Assembly (NCBI GenBank): GCA_049690035.1
Contig: JBAVML010000467.1
Coordinates: 1 to 54,740 of the forward strand
Direction: 5' to 3'
Length of the DNA stretch: 54,740 bases
Origin: Chthoniobacteraceae bacterium
GTDB lineage: Bacteria > Verrucomicrobiota > Verrucomicrobiia > Chthoniobacterales > Chthoniobacteraceae
Shown in pieces: positions 46,781 to 54,740 of the stretch. The notes below the pieces were generated by a model. The model did not search any database. It saw only the letters and a program-made list of their open reading frames with translations, and was not told the DNA's origin. How positions within the stretch are numbered: the stretch's first letter is position 1; each line of letters begins with the position of its first letter. The position numbers and the translations under genes are program-made.

Positions 46781-47553
46781 GGAGTGATGGCCCTCACCGG
46801 CCGCCCTGGCTGGCGGTCGAAATATCCGGGACTGCCGGGCTTGAAAAACGTCTTCGTGGTCCCATCGCGATTGTAGGCCGCGAACGCGCCGCTCGCCGGA
46901 TCGAAGACCCGCTGCACGCCGTCGTCGTCGATCTTCACCTGCAGCGCACCGTTCTGCGCGCGCTGCCGAAATCGCCATGCTTGTGCCGCATAATCGTCCG
47001 CCGACCTCGCGCCGAAATCCCCGCCGTGCCGCGCAAAGTGATCTGCGAGGCTCGCCGGCGAACCCCACGTCTGCCGGGTCGGCGGAGCGGAGTCGGCACC
47101 TTTGGGAGCGGCGACTGCGGCCAGCGGCGCGAGGATTTTCGCCAGCAGCGACTTTGGCTTCGGAGTCGTGGCCGGCGCCGATGCGGGAGACGTGGAAGGC
47201 GCCGCACTGGCACTGCTCGGCGAAACGGAAGTCGTGAATTGTCCCGTCGCCAGTTGCTTCCGCGCCGTCCCGGCCGCGAAGAAATATTTGGTGCCCGTTT
47301 GCAGACCACTCAGCGTCACCTCATGCGCATCCGTCAGCACGCCTTCCGAGGAATGATTCAGCCGGTCCGCGGCCAGTCCGTAGTTGACGCGTGTACCCGT
47401 CGGAACATCCGTGCGCCAGCGGACGCTGACGCTGGTCGGCGACACCGCGATGACTTGCGGCGCCGCTGTTACTTCCGCCGCGCGCGACCACGCCGCTGCG
47501 AAAAGGAGCAATGTAAAAATGATGAAACGACGCACGGAAATCTGGGGGAACAT
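46777..47553 (-). CDS. Secreted FN3-like domain protein with a C-terminal toxin-like (putative RNase) domain
   Basis: Signal peptide, then FN3/purple-acid-phosphatase-N-like V.W.TD.....V.YG...H.V.LSGL..GTKY, an S/A/P linker and the C-domain LADHFARHGGDFG...Y...A..F...FDP....F..Y..DG..KTFFKP....YF. Confidence 0.7.
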   Translation of the reverse strand: MFPQISVRRFIIFTLLLFAAAWSRAAEVTAAPQVIAVSPTSVSVRWRTDVPTGTRVNYGLAADRLNHSSEGVLTDAHEVTLSGLQTGTKYFFAAGTARKQLATGQFTTSVSPSSASAAPSTSPASAPATTPKPKSLLAKILAPLAAVAAPKGADSAPPTRQTWGSPASLADHFARHGGDFGARSADDYAAQAWRFRQRAQNGALQVKIDDDGVQRVFDPASGAFAAYNRDGTTKTFFKPGSPGYFDRQPGRPVRAITP

Positions 47554-47593
47554 CGCAGGCAGCGTAGGAGGATGATCGAGCCCGGCAAGCCCG

Positions 47594-49648
47594 CTATTTC
47601 AGCCTCCGCAGCAGATTGAGGTGGAAATTCCCGAGCGGAAACTCGTCGGGATGCACGAGGTCGAGCCATCGTTTCACGTCGCTCTCGTCGTTGACCGCAC
47701 GTGTGTCGGCCTTCCACTGCGACGCGACATTTGGCCGCACGTAGCGGGCGACGAGATCATGCGCGCAGAGCCAGAAGTTCATCTTCGAGCAGTCGGCGCC
47801 GAGCTTGTAGAGAGCGGTCAATTCCTCCCGCAGCCCGGCGACGCCGGCGTCGAGCGCATCCCAGCAGATGGTGAGGCGGTTGTCGCGCCAGAGGAGTACG
47901 TCCTTTTGATGGAGATACGAAAAAAGGAGCTGGCCGCCGAGCGCATCGTAGTTGCGCACGCGTGTGCCGGTGATGGGGAAGCGGAAGATGCGATCGAGCA
48001 GGATGGCCCAGCAGACATAGCGGGCGAAAGGAAAGCCCTCCGCCGCGAGCTGCGCGGCTTCGCCGAAGCTGCGCAGATCCACGCGCAATTCTTCGAGCCC
48101 GTACATCCAGAAAGGCGCGCGCTGGCGGATCATGAACGGATCGAAAGGCAGCTCGCCGAGACTGTGCGCGCGGTCGTGAATGAGGTCCCACAGTGCCGTC
48201 GTGTCCTGGATGAGCGGCAGCGAACTGAGCCAGCACTCGAGCTCGGGATGAAGCTGGAGATTCACCGCCTCCGCCGCACGTCGCGCGCACGCTTGCAGCC
48301 GTCGCGCTTCGCGGTCGCAGAAGATGACGCCGAAGTGATTCGAAGGCTGACTCGCGAGCGACACCGTTTCGGGAAAGAGCACCGCGCATTCGCTCGCATA
48401 GCCGTCGGTGGAATCGACCAGATGGCCGGGCACGAACTTCGCGTTGCGAAACCGCGTGCGCTCGATGGCGGCCAGCCACTCCGGCCACGGCGTGCGCACC
48501 AGCAGCGCCTCGCAGCGCGTGTCGCTCGACGCGTTCGGCGTGTACATCGGAAAGAGCACCAGATGCTCGACGCCATCGCGCCGCTGCTGCTCGGGATGAA
48601 AGGCCGCGAGCGACGCGCCGAAGTCGGGCTTCGCGAAGCCGCCCGAGCTCCACACGCGGAAATCGTCTGCGACGTGATCGAGGTACACGTCTTGATGCGT
48701 AAAGTGCGACCGCAATGAATCGAGCGCCGTGAGGCTCGCTTCGACCAGCGTTGCCGCCGCCGCGTGCTCGCTCGCCACGACGCTGCCATCGGGCGATTGC
48801 AGCTTGCGCAGTTGATTGATCGCCGTCTTCAACTCCGCCCAGTGTGGCGACGCCGCAGCCGGCGACGATGCTTCCCCGCTGGACGCCTTTGCGAAGGCCG
48901 GCGCCGCGCACCAATAGATAAGATTCAGCCAGAGTTGCTGGAGATCGAACGAAGCGAACCGTTCATCGCCAAAGAGATTCGAGTCCGCGATCACCACCAC
49001 GCGCCCTGCCCCGAATGGCGCGGTCACGATGAGCGCCGCGCCCGCCGGATGGGCCTGCGGCGACGTCTGCCACGCGCCACGCGCCGCACCTTCCACCGAG
49101 ACCCAGCCGGCGCGGTAAAAGCACGCCGCGTTCGCGCGATGCGCCAGCAAAGACTCCGCCGCCGGCCGTCCGAGCACCCACTCCGGATTGTCGCCCACAC
49201 ACGCGCTGCGATCGAACGCGACGCCGTTCTCGATCTGCACGCCCATGGGTTCCAGCAACGCGTTGAGATTGTCGCCGTACTTGTCGTGCTCGTTTTCCGT
49301 GATCACCACCAGCCCGCCACCGCGCTCCACAAACTGCCGCACCGCCGCGATCTCCTCGGGTGAAAGCAGCGGCGAGTTTTGCGACGTGGTGCGCTCCCAT
49401 TTCGAATCGCACGGATGCAGCAGCGCGAGCACATCGCACTTCGCCAGCAGCGCGCGATCCAGCGGGGAGTCCACATTCCTCGCGACGACAAAGTCGCGCG
49501 CAGCGAGGGCATCGGCCGCTGCCTGGTAGGAAGCATTCGCCGGATCCGCCGGCTGCATGGCGCGCGCGCGCTCGGCGGATACCGACCAGCTTTCGCTGTG
49601 GTATTCGTCGAACAGGACACGGGCGATGGGACGTTGTGCGATTTTCAT
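47594..49648 (-). CDS. N-terminal GATase-like (DUF4350-type) domain fused to a DUF6421-like putative metallopeptidase domain
   Basis: N-domain VLFDE.HSE.W...FV..GGGL...GRVVV..DS.LFGD. C-domain HLVLFPMYT.N, GY.S..AVLFPETV, WDLIHDRAH..G.LPFDPFMI.QR.P.W.Y.LEELR.DL and RNYD.LGGQ. Confidence 0.7.
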   Translation of the reverse strand: MKIAQRPIARVLFDEYHSESWSVSAERARAMQPADPANASYQAAADALAARDFVVARNVDSPLDRALLAKCDVLALLHPCDSKWERTTSQNSPLLSPEEIAAVRQFVERGGGLVVITENEHDKYGDNLNALLEPMGVQIENGVAFDRSACVGDNPEWVLGRPAAESLLAHRANAACFYRAGWVSVEGAARGAWQTSPQAHPAGAALIVTAPFGAGRVVVIADSNLFGDERFASFDLQQLWLNLIYWCAAPAFAKASSGEASSPAAASPHWAELKTAINQLRKLQSPDGSVVASEHAAAATLVEASLTALDSLRSHFTHQDVYLDHVADDFRVWSSGGFAKPDFGASLAAFHPEQQRRDGVEHLVLFPMYTPNASSDTRCEALLVRTPWPEWLAAIERTRFRNAKFVPGHLVDSTDGYASECAVLFPETVSLASQPSNHFGVIFCDREARRLQACARRAAEAVNLQLHPELECWLSSLPLIQDTTALWDLIHDRAHSLGELPFDPFMIRQRAPFWMYGLEELRVDLRSFGEAAQLAAEGFPFARYVCWAILLDRIFRFPITGTRVRNYDALGGQLLFSYLHQKDVLLWRDNRLTICWDALDAGVAGLREELTALYKLGADCSKMNFWLCAHDLVARYVRPNVASQWKADTRAVNDESDVKRWLDLVHPDEFPLGNFHLNLLRRLK

Positions 49649-49760
49649 GCGAGCACCTCGCGCCGCAACCTACCACAGCGGCATTCGCTCGCAGCCGGCG
49701 AATCAAGGCTCGAGGCAAATGCGCTCGCGAAATGAATGCACCTACGTCAGGCTGAGATTT

Positions 49761-50381
49761 ATGAAGTCCCAATTCATTTCCCTCCTCCTCACTTTCGCCC
49801 TGAGCGCGCTCGCGCACGCCACGGCGAAACCGATTTTCGACGGCCAAACTTTCACCGGCTGGGAGGGCGACACGGCGAAGACCTGGCGGATCGAGGATGG
49901 TGCGCTGGTCGGCGGTTCGCTGGAGGAAAAAGTGCCGCACAACGAATTCCTCGCCACCACGAAGCAGTACGGAAACTTCGAACTGCGGCTGAAATTCAAG
50001 CTCACCGGCACCGACGGGATGATCAATGGCGGCGTGCAATTCCGCAGCCAGCGCATCGCGAATCATTTCGAGATGATCGGCTACCAGGCCGATCTCGGCG
50101 AAGGCTACTACGGCTCGCTCTACGACGAATCGCGCCGGAAGAAAGTCCTCGTTGCCGCCGACAAGGAAGCGCTCGCGAGAGTGCTAAAACTCAATGACTG
50201 GAACGATTACCGCATCCGTTGCGAGGGTCGGCACATTCAGCTTTGGATCAATGGTGTGCAGACCGTGGACTACACCGAATCCGACGAAGCGATCGAGCAA
50301 ACCGGCTACATCGCGGTGCAAATCCACGGCGGGGGCAAAGCGGTGGCCAGCTATAAGGACATCGTTATCGAGGAGTTGTAG
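49761..50381 (+). CDS. DUF1080 (3-keto-disaccharide hydrolase-like) secreted protein
   Basis: ATG 49761 with signal peptide. Motifs IFDG.TF.GW, W.IEDG, NF.LRL.FK, NGGVQFRS, GYQAD, WNDY.I...G.HI...ING and IAVQIH. Confidence 0.9.
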   Translation: MKSQFISLLLTFALSALAHATAKPIFDGQTFTGWEGDTAKTWRIEDGALVGGSLEEKVPHNEFLATTKQYGNFELRLKFKLTGTDGMINGGVQFRSQRIANHFEMIGYQADLGEGYYGSLYDESRRKKVLVAADKEALARVLKLNDWNDYRIRCEGRHIQLWINGVQTVDYTESDEAIEQTGYIAVQIHGGGKAVASYKDIVIEEL

Positions 50382-50431
50382 GAGCCGGCCCGCGTCCGGC
50401 GATGCACACAGCAGCGGGCGGAGCATTACGC

Positions 50432-52918
50432 GTGACCATCCAGCAGGCATTCGAACTCGCGCTCGAGCAACACCAGTCCGGGCGGCTAGCGGAGGCGGAG
50501 ACGATCTACCGGCAGATCCTCGCGGTCCAGCCCCAGCACGCGGACGCGCTGCATCTGCTCGGCGTCCTTGTCTGGCAGGCGGGCAATGGCGAAGCAGGTG
50601 TGGATTTGATCCGCCAGGCAATCACGGTCCAACCCCACTTCCCAGCAGCCTACGACAACCTCGGGACCGTTCTCCGGGATCTGGGCAAAGGCGATGAGGC
50701 GATCGCCGCCCATCAGCAGGCCACGGCGCTGAACCCCCAGCGTCCCGAGCCTTATTACAATCTGGGCAACGCTCTTCGGGAAAAAGGGAGCCTGGACGAA
50801 GCTCTGGCCGCGTATCGGCGGGCGATCGCGGCCAGGCCCGACTATGCGGAGGCCTATTGCAACCTGGGGACTGCCCTCGCGGGAAAAGGCCAGCTCGACG
50901 AAGCGATCGTTGCCTATCGAAAAGCGATCACGCTTAATCCAGGCTATGCCGGGGCCTGCCGCAACCTCGGCGATGCACTCAGCGAGGCGGGGGAAGTGGA
51001 CGAAGCGATCGCTGCTTATCGTCAGGCTCTCGTCCTTAAGCCGAGCGATCCCGAGGCACACTGCTCGATGGGAAATGTCCTGTCCCAGCTAGGCCAGCTC
51101 GATGATGCCGCTTCGGCCTATCAACAGGCGATCCAACTGAAGCCAGACTTCGCCGACGCTCACTATAACTTGGGAAATACGCTGATGCGGCTGGGCCGGG
51201 ACAATGAGGGGATGGCGGCCTATCGCCGCGCCATCGCGCTAAGGACAAACTATGCGGAAGCCCTCTGCAACCTCGGCGCCGCCTTGGGAAAAAACGGGCG
51301 GCTCGACGAGGCCATCGTCGTCTGCCGGGAAGCGGTCGCGCTCAAGCCTGACTTTCCGGAGGCCCACTTAAACCTGGGCAATAGCTTGCACGAAATGGGA
51401 AGAATTGAAGAGGCCATCTCGTCCTATCAGCAGGCCATCGCGCTGGAGCCAAACTATCCCGAAGCTCATAGCAGCCTCGGCGTTAGTTTGTGGAATCGAG
51501 GTCAACTCGACGACGCGATCACCGCATTTCGTCAAGCCATCGCGCTCAAGCCGGACTTTCCGGAAGCGCACAGCAATCTCGGCAATGCCCTGAACGACCA
51601 GAGCAGGTTGGACGAAGCGATCGCCGCCTATCGTCAGGCCATGAGCGTCGCGCCGAATCACTCCGTCGCGTGCAGCAATTTGCTCATGACCCTCAACTAC
51701 CATCCCGGCTTCGATGCCTCGGCGATCGCGGAGGAACATCGCCGCTGGGACCAGCAATACGCCGAGCCGCTGCGGAGCTGCATTCAGCCCCACGGGAATG
51801 ACGCCAGTCCTGAACGCCGGCTTCGGGTGGGCTATGTCTCGCCGGATTTCCGGGATCATCCGGTCGGACGCTTCCTTTTTCCGTTGCTGGCGGGGCACGA
51901 CCATCAGCGCTTCGAGATTTTCTGCTACGCGCAAGTCCTCGCTCCCGATGCCTGGACGGGAAAGCTGCGCGGCCATGCCGACCATTGGCACAGCCTCAAG
52001 GGACTCTCCGACCCGCAGGCGGCGGACTTCATTCGCCACCATCAGATCGACATCCTCGTCGATCTCTCCGGCCACACCGCGCACAATCGCCTGCTAGTCT
52101 TTGCCTGCAAGCCAGCCCCGGTTCAGTTGACCTGGCTCGGCTACCCCAACACGACCGGCCTCGCCACGATGGATTATCGGATTACCGATGCCTACGCGGA
52201 TCCACCAGAACTGAACGAGCCATTCCACTCCGAGCAATTGATCCGCCTTTCGGGAAGCGCCTGGTGCTACAAGCCGAATGCAAGCGTCGAAGTCACCCCG
52301 AGAGCGGATGGGCCGATCACGTTCGGTTGCTTCAATAACTTCGTGAAGGTCACCGAGCCAATGCTCGCTCTTTGGGCGCGCATTCTCCACGCGGTGCCCG
52401 GCTCCCGATTGCTGCTCAAGGCGAAGAGCCTGGAGAATGAAAGCACGCGCGAGCGGGTCAGGAAGAGTCTGGGTCGAGCGGGAATCAGACCGGAGCGTTT
52501 GGAACTGCGTGGACAGGAACGCGGCCACGAAGCCCATCTCGCACTTTACCACCGGTTCGACATCGCCCTCGACACCTATCCCTACCACGGCACCACCACC
52601 ACGTGTGAGGCGCTGTGGATGGGAGTGCCAGTTGTGACGCTGGCTGGGCAGACCCACGCGTCACGCGTCGGCGCGAGCCTGTTGAGTAGCGTCGGCCTGG
52701 CAGAATGTGTGGCCGCCTCGGATGAGGAATACTTGCAGATCGCCGTTAGCCTTGCCAATGACCTCCCGCGACTGGCCGCGCTGCGTTCCACGTTGCGCCC
52801 GCGCATGGAAGCCTCGCCCCTGATGGACGCGCCGCGCTTCGTGCGCGAAATGGAATCCGTCTTTCGCGACACCTGGCGAAGCTGGTGCGCCCATCAATCT
52901 TCGCCTTCACGAACATGA
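50432..52918 (+). CDS. TPR-repeat GT41 (SPINDLY/OGT-like) protein glycosyltransferase
   Basis: About 11 TPRs (EA..NLG..L...G..DEA...Y..A..L.P). Motifs RLRVGYVSPDF..HPV, IDILVDLSGHT, PAPVQ.TWLGYP.TTG, FGCFNN..K and D.ALDT.PY.G.TTT.EALWMGVPV. Start is GTG 50432 or ATG 50402. Confidence 0.92.
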   Translation: MTIQQAFELALEQHQSGRLAEAETIYRQILAVQPQHADALHLLGVLVWQAGNGEAGVDLIRQAITVQPHFPAAYDNLGTVLRDLGKGDEAIAAHQQATALNPQRPEPYYNLGNALREKGSLDEALAAYRRAIAARPDYAEAYCNLGTALAGKGQLDEAIVAYRKAITLNPGYAGACRNLGDALSEAGEVDEAIAAYRQALVLKPSDPEAHCSMGNVLSQLGQLDDAASAYQQAIQLKPDFADAHYNLGNTLMRLGRDNEGMAAYRRAIALRTNYAEALCNLGAALGKNGRLDEAIVVCREAVALKPDFPEAHLNLGNSLHEMGRIEEAISSYQQAIALEPNYPEAHSSLGVSLWNRGQLDDAITAFRQAIALKPDFPEAHSNLGNALNDQSRLDEAIAAYRQAMSVAPNHSVACSNLLMTLNYHPGFDASAIAEEHRRWDQQYAEPLRSCIQPHGNDASPERRLRVGYVSPDFRDHPVGRFLFPLLAGHDHQRFEIFCYAQVLAPDAWTGKLRGHADHWHSLKGLSDPQAADFIRHHQIDILVDLSGHTAHNRLLVFACKPAPVQLTWLGYPNTTGLATMDYRITDAYADPPELNEPFHSEQLIRLSGSAWCYKPNASVEVTPRADGPITFGCFNNFVKVTEPMLALWARILHAVPGSRLLLKAKSLENESTRERVRKSLGRAGIRPERLELRGQERGHEAHLALYHRFDIALDTYPYHGTTTTCEALWMGVPVVTLAGQTHASRVGASLLSSVGLAECVAASDEEYLQIAVSLANDLPRLAALRSTLRPRMEASPLMDAPRFVREMESVFRDTWRSWCAHQSSPSRT

Positions 52919-54740
52919 CGCTCCAGGAGACATTTGCCCTGGCCGTCCAGCACCACCAAGCCGGCCGGTTGGCGGAGGCCGAGGCGATCTACCGTCAGCT
53001 TCTCGCGGTGGAGCCGAGCCATCCGGATGTGCTTCATTTGTTAGGAGTGATCGCGCACCAAGTGGGGCGAAATGATATTGCCGTCGATCTGATCGGTCAG
53101 GCCATCGGCTTCCTTCCAAACCATGCCGAAGCCTACAGCAATCTCGGGATTTCTCTGCACGCCATGGGACGAAAGAACGAGGCCATTGCCGCGTATCGGA
53201 CGGCGATCGCCCTCAAACCTAACTACCCGGAAGCTCACACCAATCTGGGCAACGCCCTGCGGGAAAATGCACTGCTCGACGAGGCCATTGTCGCGTGCCG
53301 TCAGGCGATCGCTCTCAAGCCAGACTACCCCGAAGCCCACACCAATCTCGGAAATGCCTTGCGGGACAAAGGCCAGTTGGAGCAGGCCATTAACGCTTAC
53401 AGGGATGCGATCACTCTCAAGTCTAACTATGCCGAGGCCTACGCCAACCTGGGAAATGTCCTGCGGGATAAAGGCCAACTGGATGAAGCAATTGCGACCT
53501 GTCGTCAGGCAATTGCACTCAAACCTGATTTTTCCGAAGCCTACAACAATCTTGGCAATGCCTTGCGTGACAAAGGTGAGTTGGACGAGGCTATTGCCGC
53601 ATATCGTCATGCCATTGCTCTCAGACCCAATCTTCCCGAAGCCTACGGTAATCTGGGGAACGCCCTAAGCGACAAGGGCCGACTGGATGAAGCGATCGCC
53701 GCCTACCGGCAGGTGATCGCGCTCAAGCCGGACTTCGCCATGGCGTACAGTGATCTTGGGAACGCCTTGAGAGATAAGGGCCTGCTGAACGAGGCGATCG
53801 CGACCTATCGCCGGGCTCTTCTTTTGGAAGCCGGATTGCCCGAGGTATACAACAACCTCGGCGCTGCTTTCCGAGACAATGGACAACTGAACGAAGCGGT
53901 CGCGGCCTGTGGCCAGGCCATCGCGTTAAAGCCCACCTACGCGGAGGCACATAGCAATCTCGGGAATGCCCTGCGCGACAAAGGGTGGCCGGACGAGGCG
54001 GTCGCCGCTTGTCGTCAAGCCATTGCTCTCAAGCCCAACTTCCCGGAAGCCCATTCCAATCTTGCCAATACGCTGTCTGACATTGGGCAACTGGACGAGG
54101 CGCTCGATGCCTATCGGCAAGCCATCGCCCTCAAGAGGGACTTCGTCGAAGCGCATGGTAATCTCCTTCTGTGCCTTAACTACCATCCCAGCTTCGATGC
54201 CCGCGCCATCGCCGCGGAACTAAGCCGCTGGAGTCGGCAGCACGCGGAACGGATGCGGCAATTCATCCTGCCGCACCGCAATAACCGGGACCCGGAGCGC
54301 CGGCTGCGCGTCGGTTACGTGTCGCCGGATTTCTGGCATCATGTCGTCTGCCACTTCCTGACGCCCCTGCTGGAGGCCCACCATCGTGGGGCGTTCGAGA
54401 TCTATTGCTATGCGAGCGTCAAACGTGCGGACGCGATTACGGCGCGATTGCGGAAGAGTGCCGCCGTTTGGCGCGATGTCCTCGGCCTGCGGGACGAGGC
54501 GCTGGCGGAGCTGATTCGCGCCGACCAGATCGATATCCTCGTGGATCTCAGCCAGCATACCGCAGGCAATCGGTTGTTGATGTTCGCCCGCAAACCCGCG
54601 CCGGTGCAGGTCGCGTGGCTGGGCTTTCCGGGCGGCACCGGGCTGGACGCGATGGATTACCGGTTCACGGACGCTTTCATGGAGCCGGAGGGAGCGGCCT
54701 GGTCGGATTTGGGTGAGAAGCCGGTGCGCCTGGCTGATTC
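52915..54740 (+). CDS. Second TPR-repeat GT41 glycosyltransferase, truncated by the window end
   Basis: Manual translation from ATG 52915 (ATGA overlap): MTLQETFALAVQHHQAGRLAEAE..., about 11 TPRs, RLRVGYVSPDFWHHVV, IDILVDLSQHT and PAPVQVAWLGFPGGTG. Confidence 0.9.
   Translation, partial: MTLQETFALAVQHHQAGRLAEAEAIYRQLLAVEPSHPDVLHLLGVIAHQVGRNDIAVDLIGQAIGFLPNHAEAYSNLGISLHAMGRKNEAIAAYRTAIALKPNYPEAHTNLGNALRENALLDEAIVACRQAIALKPDYPEAHTNLGNALRDKGQLEQAINAYRDAITLKSNYAEAYANLGNVLRDKGQLDEAIATCRQAIALKPDFSEAYNNLGNALRDKGELDEAIAAYRHAIALRPNLPEAYGNLGNALSDKGRLDEAIAAYRQVIALKPDFAMAYSDLGNALRDKGLLNEAIATYRRALLLEAGLPEVYNNLGAAFRDNGQLNEAVAACGQAIALKPTYAEAHSNLGNALRDKGWPDEAVAACRQAIALKPNFPEAHSNLANTLSDIGQLDEALDAYRQAIALKRDFVEAHGNLLLCLNYHPSFDARAIAAELSRWSRQHAERMRQFILPHRNNRDPERRLRVGYVSPDFWHHVVCHFLTPLLEAHHRGAFEIYCYASVKRADAITARLRKSAAVWRDVLGLRDEALAELIRADQIDILVDLSQHTAGNRLLMFARKPAPVQVAWLGFPGGTGLDAMDYRFTDAFMEPEGAAWSDLGEKPVRLAD

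Noticed and set aside
50700..54150. 102-bp periodic nucleotide similarity as a DNA repeat element or DGR template/variable repeat
   Set aside because: Fully explained by 34-aa TPR coding repeats. There is no reverse transcriptase and no adenine-specific mismatch pattern was noticed.

Overview
GC-rich bacterial chromosome segment, most likely Verrucomicrobiota/PVC. This is inferred from DUF1501, DUF1549/DUF1553, PVC-type heme-binding and DUF1080 genes and from GGATGAA-type intergenic heptamers. Left to right it contains: the end of a CDP-3,6-dideoxyhexose locus (rfbF-rfbG-rfbH-epimerase) with a GT2 gene; tolB-pal; an OmpR-family two-component system followed by a secreted protein and two paralogous nine-heme secreted cytochromes; a PVC DUF1553/DUF1501 pair; a ceramidase-domain gene coupled to a PVC heme-binding dehydrogenase; an FdhF/YdeP oxidoreductase; scpA-scpB-pheA; and coaX-ROK-guaD-nadC-birA plus an orphan kinase core. 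A ~4 kb accessory patch (36.4-40.5 kb) follows, holding an XRE regulator, a palindrome, a 21-bp tandem array, a Trp-Asp leader, two unknown proteins split by a 33-bp inverted repeat, a secreted protein and an HNH pseudogene. The right end holds priA, an SLT transglycosylase, a rhomboid lacking catalytic residues, an Lrp-like gene with DUF5722, a candidate secreted toxin/immunity pair, a DUF6421 fusion, DUF1080 and two tandem TPR-GT41 glycosyltransferases. No rRNA, tRNA, CRISPR array or transposase was recognised. The best novelty candidates are the 36.4-38.7 kb repeat-associated module, the regulated twin nonaheme cytochrome cluster, a structured U/G-loop RNA upstream of guaD, the FN3-toxin/immunity pair, the pseudo-rhomboid and a shared C-terminal putative export domain. 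All family assignments come from motif recognition by eye; no database searches were run.
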